Shown: positions 18,621 to 28,180, counted from the first letter of the stretch. The stretch is DNA of 53,135 nt from Nanobdellota archaeon (GCA_018824365.1 JAHJGQ010000029.1:1-53135); one strand, 5' to 3'. Program-made: numbers and translations. Notes: generated by a model from the sequence alone, not told the origin.

Positions 18621-19127
18621 CTATTCACTTCTGACAACTATATTAAGAATATTGCCTTTTCCTTGATATCCTGCAGAAATTGAATCAACTTTGTTCAATG
18701 CTTTCAAACCTCTGCCCAAACCAGAAGCATAATTACCGCCTGATTTTAGCAGTTTAATCTTTTTAACATAATCAAAACCATTTCCTGAATCTTTTATCTG
18801 GATTATTTTACCATTCTTTCCTAGAAAAATTCTGACTATGACTTCTAATTGTGGATTGTTCTTATTGCCTCTCCAGAAAGCGTTCTCTAATCCTAAAGAT
18901 ATGGCATCCCATATTTGTGTATTTTTTCTAGCAGAAATTTTTAATCTCTTGAAGATAAAATCATTCAGTTCTGGGCTTTCTCTCCAATATAATTGGCCTG
19001 TTGAAGACTCTTGTAATTTGCCATTCTTTGCCGGAATTATCTTAATTTGCTTTATCAATTTATATGGTGCAATGATCTTTAAAGCATTTTCCAAAGTAAA
19101 TTCGTTATTTAATAGCATGTTTGGCAC
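18621..19127 (-). CDS. Stand-alone HATPase_c (RsbW/anti-sigma-like GHKL) protein
   Basis: N-box LENAFWRGN, G1 IKDSGNGFD, G2 GRGL; no His-phosphoacceptor domain. Confidence 0.7.
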   Translation of the reverse strand: MPNMLLNNEFTLENALKIIAPYKLIKQIKIIPAKNGKLQESSTGQLYWRESPELNDFIFKRLKISARKNTQIWDAISLGLENAFWRGNKNNPQLEVIVRIFLGKNGKIIQIKDSGNGFDYVKKIKLLKSGGNYASGLGRGLKALNKVDSISAGYQGKGNILNIVVRSE

Positions 19128-19731
19128 CTACAAACTTAAATCTCGGAACTTCTTTGCCATTGAAAATAACATTCTCGAAAAACATTGATTTTGGTCTTAT
19201 CCACAGTACATTTTTTCCTGGTTCTGATTCATAAAGGGCTTTGTAAACAATAAAATCTTCTAATGTTTCACTATGTTTACCTTCACCAATAAATTGATAA
19301 TAATTCCCTTTGTAATGTTGATATTTTTTCTTGGTGGGATCATATCTTTGTTTTAATAAATTTTGAATTGGAATAAACAATGGCTGTGGCAAATTATTCC
19401 AGTTAAACCATCCAAACTGTTCACTTTTATCAGGTTCCATAATTTTCGGTTCACCAGAAAAACTATCAGCAACCATATAAATAGTAATATAATGTTTTCT
19501 TTCACTTGTAAAAATGTCATTTGTTATCGTAGCAAAATAAACATTGTTAATATCAATTCCAAGTTCTTCATATGTTTCTCTTTTAGCACATTCTTCTGGA
19601 CTTTCATTAAGTTCTAGATGACCTCCTGGAAAACACCAAGTGCCATCTCCATGTGAATTTTTTCTTTTTTGCATTAAGACTTTATCATCTCTAAGAATAA
19701 TAATTCCAACACCCACTTTTGGTCTTTCCAT
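19105..19731 (-). CDS. Nudix hydrolase fused to DUF1653-like domain
   Basis: Nudix box GGHLELNESPEECAKRETYEELG; C-terminal YQHYKG..Y......HSETLE...VY.ALY...LW.RP..MF. Confidence 0.85.
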   Translation of the reverse strand: MERPKVGVGIIILRDDKVLMQKRKNSHGDGTWCFPGGHLELNESPEECAKRETYEELGIDINNVYFATITNDIFTSERKHYITIYMVADSFSGEPKIMEPDKSEQFGWFNWNNLPQPLFIPIQNLLKQRYDPTKKKYQHYKGNYYQFIGEGKHSETLEDFIVYKALYESEPGKNVLWIRPKSMFFENVIFNGKEVPRFKFVGAKHAIK

Positions 19732-19763
19732 AATAAATAAAAAGAACAGCAATTATAAAAATT

Positions 19764-21224
19764 TTACTCAACAACTTCTCCAACAATACTTCTTAACATA
19801 TAATCAACAACTTTTACGGAAACTTTCTTCTTTAATGGGATTCTTCCTTTTACTCCGATTATTAATGGATAAGTTCCCATCTGCCTGCAAAAAGTGGTTT
19901 TTCCATCATACATTTCTGTATAAACATCGGAAATGATTGTTCCTTTTGGAACTAATTTATTCAACATAGGGTAATCAATCTTCTGTCTGATATCATTTCT
20001 CCATTTCCAGTAATATTGTTTATTTTTTCTTAAGAATTTATTTCCCCTATGCTTCTCAAGATAAGTGCCGGGCATTACAACTACTTGCCTGATATTGATC
20101 CTTCTCAAAAGAATATTTTCTTCCATAATTTTTTGCAGTGCTTCCATATTTTTCTTGTGTGTTTCTTTATTCTCATTTAACAGTCCAAAGATAATGTTGA
20201 TTCCCGGAAGAAAACAAGGCATACCATTATCTCCCCGTTTTGCTCCATACTTATTGATTATCTTAATTGCTTTAATTGCAGTTTCAGGAGATGTATTCAA
20301 TCTATTTGCTTTGATTACATCAGAATCAAAACTTTCTACTCCTAAAGCAGCAATATTTCCTGGAGTGCAATATTTTACAATTGCTTCTGTTATTTTTTCT
20401 CCATATGGTGTGATTACAGAATTTGCATTAACATTGTCAATATGTAACACCTCAATTTTTGGGCATTTTTTTCTAATCTCTTTTAACATTTCGATAGGCC
20501 TGTCAGAAGAATAGAAATCTGCCTGTTTGCCTAAGCGGAAATGTCTTGCTCCTTGATCATAAAATGCTTTAATTTCTTTGATTACTGATTCCTTATTACG
20601 GTTAAGGAAACAATTTTTAAGTGGTTCAGTGCAAAAACTGCATTTTCCTACTTTACATCCCCTTCCTGTTTCTATTTCGATAACTCTTTTATCAGGAATA
20701 TGTTTGAGTATCTCTGAAGACTTAGTAATGAAATTATCTAATTCTTCAAATGAGAAATTAAATTCATTCTTTTCATCAAAGATGTCTAGATTAATCTTCT
20801 CAAAGAATTTTCCACCTTCTAACTGGGTTCCTTGAAGAGCAGGACCCGTAAGGATCTTTTTCATCTTTAAATCTTTGATTAAGTGAGTAACTTCTTTTAA
20901 TATTCCTGGTTGTGCCGTAAGATATTTTCCCGGTACTTGAATGCCGATTATTATTATCAACGCATCCGTATTAGATAGAGCTTCTTCAGCATCATTATCG
21001 GTTGTATTATAAATAAAAATATTTGTTTTTTCTTTTTCACTAGGTTCTTTTTTAATCCCTTCATGATTTTTCCATAATCTGAGATCATCAATTGTGAGAT
21101 AAGCAACATCATGTCCTTCACTCTTCAACTTCCCATAGATATATCTGGGATAAGTTCCTAAGTATGGTGGAACTCCTAATCCAGAAGCTTCATCAGTATA
21201 GCAATCAAGGATGGTATAAAACAT
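19764..21224 (-). CDS. Radical SAM protein with C-terminal TRAM-like domain (archaeal uncharacterised family)
   Basis: ILDCYTDEASGLGVPPY N-terminus; ETGRGCKVGKCSFCTEP cluster motif. Confidence 0.85.
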   Translation of the reverse strand: MFYTILDCYTDEASGLGVPPYLGTYPRYIYGKLKSEGHDVAYLTIDDLRLWKNHEGIKKEPSEKEKTNIFIYNTTDNDAEEALSNTDALIIIIGIQVPGKYLTAQPGILKEVTHLIKDLKMKKILTGPALQGTQLEGGKFFEKINLDIFDEKNEFNFSFEELDNFITKSSEILKHIPDKRVIEIETGRGCKVGKCSFCTEPLKNCFLNRNKESVIKEIKAFYDQGARHFRLGKQADFYSSDRPIEMLKEIRKKCPKIEVLHIDNVNANSVITPYGEKITEAIVKYCTPGNIAALGVESFDSDVIKANRLNTSPETAIKAIKIINKYGAKRGDNGMPCFLPGINIIFGLLNENKETHKKNMEALQKIMEENILLRRINIRQVVVMPGTYLEKHRGNKFLRKNKQYYWKWRNDIRQKIDYPMLNKLVPKGTIISDVYTEMYDGKTTFCRQMGTYPLIIGVKGRIPLKKKVSVKVVDYMLRSIVGEVVE

Positions 21225-21386
21225 GGATATTACTTTGTATTGTTATTTTATAAATTGTTCTGAAAATGAATTGTATGTCCACAAATAATCTTCTGAACCC
21301 ATATTTTTATGATTTTTGTAATATTTATGAAATTGTATTGTGAATTATAATTAAGTTTATATACTTTTAAAATTTATCAAATATTA

Positions 21387-22292
21387 ATGGATAAAGATAC
21401 AAAAGAGGATGATTCTTGGTCAAATTATTTCAGGGAAAGTGGTTCGACAAACAATAAAAATAATTCTTCTAAAGAAAAAAAGTTTAATTATACGGTGTTC
21501 ATATCAGTTTCTCTAGTTTTGCTATTTATCGTGTTTATAATTTTTAAAACCTCTTCTTTAGGCGATGCAGTTACTGGAGCTCAGATTGCTGGATTAAATG
21601 AAATGTCTAATGTCGGGGAATCTAGTGCTAATGAAATGAGTGGTAGTGAAAAAACATTGAGCAAAACATCGAGCTCTTCAAAAGCAAGCGAAGAAACTTC
21701 TAAAACCAGTGAAACCAATGAAAGTACTTCTAAGTCCGTATTGCCTTCAAATAACCAAGACAGCTTAGATAACTTAGAAGGATATTCAGAAGGATCTGAT
21801 GGAAGTAAGGAAGTAGATCAGGAAATCATATTAGGAACTTATTCTGAATTGTTGCATAGTTTAATCGATCTTAATGATGATATGGATAATCCTGTTGCTA
21901 AAGCACAAAAGATAACTGAGATAAATTCTTTAGTTCAAAAAATAGATAATTTTGCTGTAGCTAATGCATGGGAAAGTTTTGGTATGAAATTAAATGGAAA
22001 ATCAACTGTTGATGACTTTTTTGAGTTTATAACAATCATTGCTCAGGAGGGTCAAAAAGATGATTTGGTATACTCTAATTTCATAATTAATTTTCTGATT
22101 ATAGACAAATATTGGAATACTGATTATGTAGTAGAATTCTCTGAGGCGTTAACAATGGTGAATCACGAGGTAGAGAATTTTAACAAAGTAGCTATCTCTT
22201 CCAAATGGGAAGAAATACTTAAATGTGATGGCAAATGCAACGAAAAGAACAGATTATTGTTTGAAATTATCGGGTTAGTGGTTAAGCAGTAA
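21387..22292 (+). CDS. Membrane-anchored hypothetical protein with Ser/Glu-rich linker
   Basis: Single N-terminal TM, AVTGAQI motif, low-complexity linker, helical C-terminal domain. Confidence 0.65.
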   Translation: MDKDTKEDDSWSNYFRESGSTNNKNNSSKEKKFNYTVFISVSLVLLFIVFIIFKTSSLGDAVTGAQIAGLNEMSNVGESSANEMSGSEKTLSKTSSSSKASEETSKTSETNESTSKSVLPSNNQDSLDNLEGYSEGSDGSKEVDQEIILGTYSELLHSLIDLNDDMDNPVAKAQKITEINSLVQKIDNFAVANAWESFGMKLNGKSTVDDFFEFITIIAQEGQKDDLVYSNFIINFLIIDKYWNTDYVVEFSEALTMVNHEVENFNKVAISSKWEEILKCDGKCNEKNRLLFEIIGLVVKQ

Positions 22293-22409
22293 TAGTTATA
22301 TTTTAATTCTGTTGAAATACTATTATCAGCAGTGTTTTAATCTTCACTTGATTTATTAGCATATTGAAGCCGTAATCTTTAAAAATAAATCCTAATTCTG
22401 CTAATTAAT

Positions 22410-22580
22410 GGCCCCGTGGCTTAGCCTGGTACTTGTTAGAATAGCTAACTTGCTTGGGCAATAGAGCGCACGACTGATATGCTTATTTAAGCAAAGAAAT
22501 CGTGAGGTCCCGAGTTCAAATGCAGTCACTAGCGTTCGGTACTTTCCTTCGCTATGGCTCGGAAAGTCTCGGCGGGGCCA
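22410..22580 (+). tRNA. tRNA-Ile(GAT) with three introns (19/20: 22430-22461; 37/38: 22480-22498; 59/60: 22521-22566)
   Basis: Acceptor GGCCCCG/CGGGGCC+A; after removing the inserts: GCTTAGCCTGGTAGAGC, CACGA-CTGATAA-TCGTG, CCGAG-TTCAAAT-CTCGG; relaxed BHB at each junction. Confidence 0.9.
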
Positions 22581-22699
22581 CTCTTTAATTTTTTTATTCT
22601 TCTCTCTCTGTGCTTTTGTAATTTAATATATTCAAAATTCACTCCTTCTAAACAATTAACAAAATTTATATAACTTAGCCTTCTTCACATCCAACAATT

Positions 22700-22798
22700 G
22701 GCTCAGAGGATAAATCTGAACACCATGCGCTCTCCTTGGAGGGTGATGCAATGAGGCTTCGGTCTCAGCGCAGTGGTTGATGATTCCTAGGCTGAGCT
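22700..22798 (+). ncRNA. Putative stand-alone structured small RNA of unknown family
   Basis: Closing helix GGCTCAG/CTGAGCT; TGCGCT/AGCGCA; TGAGGC-TTCG-GTCTCA; CTGA...TGATGA K-turn-like pair; TATA TTTATATA at 22665-22672; T-rich tract downstream. Confidence 0.65.
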
Positions 22799-22968
22799 TA
22801 TTATTCTTATTCAATTATTACTTTTATTTTTCTATTATTTCTTTTACCAATACATAAGCTATATTACAAAGAATATATTATTCTGTGTATAAATCTTTAA
22901 ATACCGGTTGTCATTCTTGAATGCTTACAAAATTAAAGGGATGGGGGTCTCTTTAGAAAAAAGTTTAA

Positions 22969-23064
22969 TTATACTAAAAAATTTCAACAGGAATTTTTTG
23001 GTAGGGTTTAATACTTCAACCTTTAGGTTGAAATTTTTGGTACATAAAAATATTTTATATTTTT
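22969..23064. repeat. Dispersed ~96-bp imperfect palindromic repeat, copy 2
   Basis: About 7 mismatches against 14411-14506 by manual alignment. Confidence 0.85.
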
Positions 23065-23088
23065 TGTACAATAAATCAAAGATTTATT

Positions 23089-23184
23089 AATATCACAAAA
23101 ATCTGCCAAAAAAGAAAGTTTTCGTTTCATACCCTGGCTCTTTAGGGAGTGGAAGAACACTTTCGGCAGATTTTTCATGATATT
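23089..23184. other. Long intergenic inverted repeat/hairpin
   Basis: AATATCA-CAAAAATCTGCC ... GGCAGATTTTT-CA-TGATATT enclosing CCCTGG/TTAGGG. Confidence 0.6.
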
Positions 23185-23211
23185 TACTTTACATAGGGGG
23201 TGTAATTTATT

Positions 23212-24393
23212 ATGAGAAAAATTGTAATTGGTTTGTTAGTTGTTTTAATACTTGTCTTCATTGTAGGCTGTGTTGATTATAAAGCATATGATACGCCGAA
23301 GGAATCTCAAGTCGATGAATCAGCTTTAGTCGACGAGATTGCACAAATTGAAAAAGACTTGAATCTTGAAAATAATTCTGTTAAAGATGTTAAAGATAAT
23401 TCCGCTGATGATTTAGAAGAATTAGAAGTTCTTGATGAAGAGACCACGAAACTGAATACTGAAGATACAACGGAAAATGATTTAAATGTTGAAGAAGATG
23501 TAGTTCTTCCTGAATTAAGTGAAGAAGATGTTAATTCAACTGATTCGACTGAAACAGATGCAGTTTCTGAAGAAACAGCTGATAAAACCACTACCGATGT
23601 TAATCCTAAAAAAGCTAGTAGTGAAGATACAAGTATGCAAACCATCACTGTAGATGAAAATGAAAAAGTTAAATTGAATGTTAAAGTGACCGATCCTGAT
23701 GAAGATAATGTTACTTATACCTTCACTTCTCCTTTAAATAACAATGGTGAGTGGAAAACTGAATATGGTGATGCAGGGGAATATGTTGTTACATTGACGG
23801 CTACAGATGGAAAACTTTCAACAAAGAAAAAATTGATGATTGTTGTAAACCGTGTCAATGTTGCTCCTCTGATAAGCAACATCACTAATCTAAAAGTTAA
23901 AGAGGGGGCAACAGTTACCTTTGAACCTTCAGTTACTGATCCGAACAAAGATCCTGTAACAGTTACGATTTCTGAACCTCTTAAAAATGGAATTTTTGTG
24001 ACTGATCATACTAGTGCGGGAGAATATCAGATTAAAGTTGTTGCTAGTGATGGAGAACTTGAGACAGAAAAATCTTTTAAGCTTGTCATTGAAGATGTTA
24101 ATGTATTGCCAGTAATAACCAATGTTAAGAATACAACTAAGATTAAAGAAGGAGATACACTAACTATTAAACCATTAGTTACAGATCTTGATGGTGATGT
24201 TATTAACTTGACTATCTCAGAACCAGTAGGTAATGATGGTGTCTGGGAAACCAGTTATACTGACCATGGAGAATATGTAATTACAATTACTGCTAACGAT
24301 GGTAAAGATGTAGTTACAAAGAAGATGAAAGTTACAGTAGAAGATATCAATGCTCCTCCGGAAATTATTGATGTCTCAATGTCTCTTAAATAG
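23212..24393 (+). CDS. Lipoprotein with acidic linker and three Ig/cadherin-like repeats
   Basis: Lipobox FIVGC; repeats V.E...V....DPD.D....W.T.Y.D.GEY....TA.DG. Confidence 0.8.
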   Translation: MRKIVIGLLVVLILVFIVGCVDYKAYDTPKESQVDESALVDEIAQIEKDLNLENNSVKDVKDNSADDLEELEVLDEETTKLNTEDTTENDLNVEEDVVLPELSEEDVNSTDSTETDAVSEETADKTTTDVNPKKASSEDTSMQTITVDENEKVKLNVKVTDPDEDNVTYTFTSPLNNNGEWKTEYGDAGEYVVTLTATDGKLSTKKKLMIVVNRVNVAPLISNITNLKVKEGATVTFEPSVTDPNKDPVTVTISEPLKNGIFVTDHTSAGEYQIKVVASDGELETEKSFKLVIEDVNVLPVITNVKNTTKIKEGDTLTIKPLVTDLDGDVINLTISEPVGNDGVWETSYTDHGEYVITITANDGKDVVTKKMKVTVEDINAPPEIIDVSMSLK

Positions 24394-24499
24394 ACCGATT
24401 GAGGTCTATAATTTTTTTTTCTTATTATAAGTTCTTTTGGATGAAGTGTAAAACAATATAAGAAAAATAATATAAGATAAAATTTAAAATAATATAAAA

Positions 24500-26833
24500 A
24501 TGGTTCAGCAAAAATTAAAATTATTGTTGGTTCTTATAATTCTTGTTTTTGCAGTAAATAGTACTTTTGCAGCAATAAAGACTTTCCATGCAAAAGAGAC
24601 AGATTTAGTTAAGATTACTCCTGAAGCAATAGATCGTGATAATGATAGTGTTGTTTATTATTATTCACAACCTTTAGACGAAAACGGAGAATGGCAGACT
24701 GGATATGATGATGCCGGGGAATATGAGATTGAGATAACTGCTTCTGATGGAATTAACCAAACCAAACAAAAAATTAATCTAATAGTGGAAAATAAAAACC
24801 AGCCGCCAAAGGCAACAGAAGAAAAGATAACTATTAAGGAAAAGCAGCTTGTAGATATTAAAGAATTTGTTTCAGATCCTGATGACGATATTCTTACTTA
24901 TGAATTCAATAAGCCTTTTGATGAAAATGGTCAGTGGCAGACTGATTATGACGATCAAGGCAGTTATGTAACAAAGTTTATCATAAGTGATGATGAATTT
25001 AAAGTTAAAGAAAGTATGGAAATAGAAGTTCTTAACACTAACCAGCCGCCCACAATCATTAATTCATTTTCAGCATCAGATGTTGTAAATTTAGTAGAGA
25101 ATGGCACTTTATCATTTTCAGTAAATGCCATTGATAAAGACGGAGATGAGATGACCTATCAATGGAAACTTGATGGGATTGCAATAAGCGAGCAAAAAGA
25201 AAGCCAATATTATTTTGATTTTGAATCTTCTGGAGAACATAATTTAGAAGTAACGATTAATGATGGAATCAACGAACTGAACAAAGAGTGGCTGATAAAT
25301 GTAAAAGATGTGAACAGAAAACCTGAATTAAATATTTTACCGATAACTGTAAATGAGGATGAGAAAGCTGTAATAGATTATCCTGATGTTGATCTGGATG
25401 GTGATTTATTAGTTTATTCTTTCGCCGATAAATTTGATGATGAAGGAGTTTGGCAGACTGATTTTGAAGATGCAGGCAAGTATAAGTTTAATGTCTATGC
25501 TTCTGATGGTGAATTTACTGTAAAAGAAGTTGTAGAAGTTACCGTAAATGATGTTGATAGAGCTCCTGAACTCTCTTTACCTCAAAAGATTGAAGTAAAA
25601 GAAGGAGAAGAATTATCCTGGTTTATCGATACCACTGATTTAGACGGAGATGAAATAACTATTGAATTAGAAAATGCTCCTGAAGGTGCAGTTCTAGATC
25701 AGGAAAAAAAAGAATTTACTTGGTCTCCTGGTTATGATTTTATAAGAAGGAAAAGTGGTTTTTTTAGCAACATTCTTAATGCTCTCAGATTGGAAAATAG
25801 GATTTTAAAATCAAAAGAAATACCTCTGACCGCCACTAGTTGCGGAAAAGAACTATGTATCTCAAAATCTTTATCTTTGGTTGTCTATAATGTTAATAGG
25901 GGACCGGTATTAGAAGAGATTGAAGATGTAATTGCTACTGAAAATGAAAATATCCTATTAAGTCCAACTTCTTATGATCCGGATGGAGATATTGTAAGAT
26001 ATCATTTTACTGAACCATTTAAGAAAAGAAGTAAAGAATGGAAAACAGGATATGGGGATCGGGGAGAATATATTGTTTATGTAACGGCAACTGATGGAAG
26101 CATTTCAGATACCATTCCAGTTAACATTATAGTAAATAAGAAAAACAGCATGCCTTATTTCAATATTGAAAAAGATGAATTAAAAGTAGATGAAGGTAAA
26201 ACCATTAGTTTTAGGGTAAGTGCAGCAGATCCTGATGATGATGAACTTTCAATAAGTTTAGAAAACCTTCCTTATGGGGCCTCGTTTAATGAGAGAATAT
26301 TTTCCTGGACACCAGACTATAATGTTGTAAAACGTTCGAATGAATCTCTCTCTTTTATGGATAAATATTTCAATGATGAAGAACAAGTTATCTGGTTGCA
26401 ATTTATTGCTTCTGACGAAGAATTTGATGTGATTCATCCAGTAAAAATAACTGTGAAAGATGTCAATCAAAAACCTGAAATATTGGATTATCTTCCTCTC
26501 GAAGAAGTAAGTACAAAAGTAGGAGAACCTGTTGTTTTCCATCTTGCTGCAAAAGATTATGATAATAATAAACTCAGTTATCAGTGGAATTTTGGACTGA
26601 TTCAAAAGAAAGTTACTGGTACTGATACTATTGAAAGGACTTTCACTTCTCCAGGGGAGAAGAGAATTAAAGTAAAAGTAAGTGATGGTTCTGAGAAAGT
26701 GGAAAAAGAGTGGGTCGTTAAAGTAACCGGAGAGGAATATATTACTCCTGTAGAAGAAGTTGCAGAAACTCCAGCGGTTACAGAGATCTCTGATGCGCCT
26801 ATGTCTTTCTATGTGAAAACAGTTGTTCATTAA
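24500..26833 (+). CDS. Secreted tandem Ig/cadherin/PKD-repeat surface protein
   Basis: Signal peptide; ~8 repeats with NxPP, DxDxD and WQT.YDD.G.Y; C-terminal PKD-like Y.W.FG...F...G. Confidence 0.8.
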   Translation: MVQQKLKLLLVLIILVFAVNSTFAAIKTFHAKETDLVKITPEAIDRDNDSVVYYYSQPLDENGEWQTGYDDAGEYEIEITASDGINQTKQKINLIVENKNQPPKATEEKITIKEKQLVDIKEFVSDPDDDILTYEFNKPFDENGQWQTDYDDQGSYVTKFIISDDEFKVKESMEIEVLNTNQPPTIINSFSASDVVNLVENGTLSFSVNAIDKDGDEMTYQWKLDGIAISEQKESQYYFDFESSGEHNLEVTINDGINELNKEWLINVKDVNRKPELNILPITVNEDEKAVIDYPDVDLDGDLLVYSFADKFDDEGVWQTDFEDAGKYKFNVYASDGEFTVKEVVEVTVNDVDRAPELSLPQKIEVKEGEELSWFIDTTDLDGDEITIELENAPEGAVLDQEKKEFTWSPGYDFIRRKSGFFSNILNALRLENRILKSKEIPLTATSCGKELCISKSLSLVVYNVNRGPVLEEIEDVIATENENILLSPTSYDPDGDIVRYHFTEPFKKRSKEWKTGYGDRGEYIVYVTATDGSISDTIPVNIIVNKKNSMPYFNIEKDELKVDEGKTISFRVSAADPDDDELSISLENLPYGASFNERIFSWTPDYNVVKRSNESLSFMDKYFNDEEQVIWLQFIASDEEFDVIHPVKITVKDVNQKPEILDYLPLEEVSTKVGEPVVFHLAAKDYDNNKLSYQWNFGLIQKKVTGTDTIERTFTSPGEKRIKVKVSDGSEKVEKEWVVKVTGEEYITPVEEVAETPAVTEISDAPMSFYVKTVVH

Positions 26834-26933
26834 ACTTTCATCTTTCTTCAATATTTTTTTTCGTTTAATGTTTCTTTTTAACTTTCATTTTTTTTAACAA
26901 AATTTTAAAAACAGTTTCTAAAATTAGATAGTA

Positions 26934-28067
26934 ATGCAAGAAAATAAGTATTACTCTTACAATATTGGACAATTGCCCGAGGGATGCCGGTATTGTGTTA
27001 AAGGAGAGAAATTAGTACTCTTTATCACAGGAATTTGTCCAAGAAAATGTTATTTCTGTCCGGTATCTGATCAAAAATATCAACAAGATGTAATTTTTGC
27101 CAATGAAAGAAAAGTTACTGAATTTAATAATGTCATTAAAGAAGCAAAGTTGATGAAAGCAAAAGGAGCTGGTATTACTGGAGGAGATCCTTTAGCAAAA
27201 TTAGACCGAACTCTTGAATACATTACTCTGTTAAAAAAAGAATTTGGCAAAGAATTTCATGTTCATCTTTACACCTCTCTGAACCTAGTTGATGAAGATA
27301 ATTTGAAAAAATTATATCAAGCAGGTTTGGATGAGATCCGTTTTCATTTAGATTTAGACAATAATAAGTTCTGGAAAAGATTGGAATCAGCAAAAAAGTT
27401 GTCTTGGAGCGTAGGGGTAGAAATTCCTTTAATTCCAGATAAAGAAAAAGAAACAAAAAAATTAATAGATTATGTTTGTGATAAAGTAGATTTTCTCAAT
27501 CTTAACGAATTAGAAGTTGCTGACAATAAACAATCAAAATTGTTAGAAATGAATTTTCAGACAAAAGGTCAGTTAAGTTATGCAGTTAAAGGTTCATTGG
27601 AATTGGGATTAAAGTTGATTGAATATGTTAAAGAGAAAGATTGCAATCTAAAAGTTCATTTATGTACAGCTAAACTGAAAGATAAAGTACAGCTTGCCAA
27701 TAGAATTAAAAGAGAATCTCAAGGTGTGAAAAAAAGTTTTGATATTGTTGATAAAGAAGGGATGCTAATCAGGGGAGCATTATATTTTCCTGAACTTACC
27801 CCTGGTTTTGAATATCGGAAAAAACTGGCTGAAATTGATAAGTATCTTTATATCGAAAAACTCAAACCATTACTAGCAAAGATAAAGACAAAATTAAAGT
27901 TAAAAGACGAAGATATTTCTCTTGACAAAGAAAAACCAAGAATATTAGTAGCAAAAAATCTAATCAAGAAGAAGAAAGATTACTTTCATAAATTAAATCT
28001 AAAGCCGGCAATAGTAATGGAATATCCTACCGTTGACCAATTAGAGATAGAAGTTGATTTTCTATGA
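26934..28067 (+). CDS. Radical SAM protein (archaeal PFL-activating-enzyme-like family)
   Basis: LPEGCRYC..GEKLVLFITGICPRKCYFCP, ITGGDP and LDEIRFH motifs. Confidence 0.88.
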   Translation: MQENKYYSYNIGQLPEGCRYCVKGEKLVLFITGICPRKCYFCPVSDQKYQQDVIFANERKVTEFNNVIKEAKLMKAKGAGITGGDPLAKLDRTLEYITLLKKEFGKEFHVHLYTSLNLVDEDNLKKLYQAGLDEIRFHLDLDNNKFWKRLESAKKLSWSVGVEIPLIPDKEKETKKLIDYVCDKVDFLNLNELEVADNKQSKLLEMNFQTKGQLSYAVKGSLELGLKLIEYVKEKDCNLKVHLCTAKLKDKVQLANRIKRESQGVKKSFDIVDKEGMLIRGALYFPELTPGFEYRKKLAEIDKYLYIEKLKPLLAKIKTKLKLKDEDISLDKEKPRILVAKNLIKKKKDYFHKLNLKPAIVMEYPTVDQLEIEVDFL

Positions 28068-28180
28068 AGATTATTAATTAAAAAAAAATATTAAAAAAAA
28101 TCAAAAAACACTTCTCAGATTTAAACTCATCATATCTGAACCCATTATATTTAAATATCTCTTGCATTTTATAACTAAAC

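Noticed and set aside
22700..22798. Fluoride riboswitch (3' GUUGAUGAUUCCUA similarity)
   Set aside because: It lacks the 5' GGNGAUGG..UUCNCC core and has no adjacent downstream gene
22908..23090. 60-aa ORF
   Set aside because: It coincides with the non-coding palindromic repeat
23128..23160. IS200/IS605 end-like CCCTGGCTCTTTAGGG
   Set aside because: Only partial similarity; no tnpA/tnpB remnant in the window
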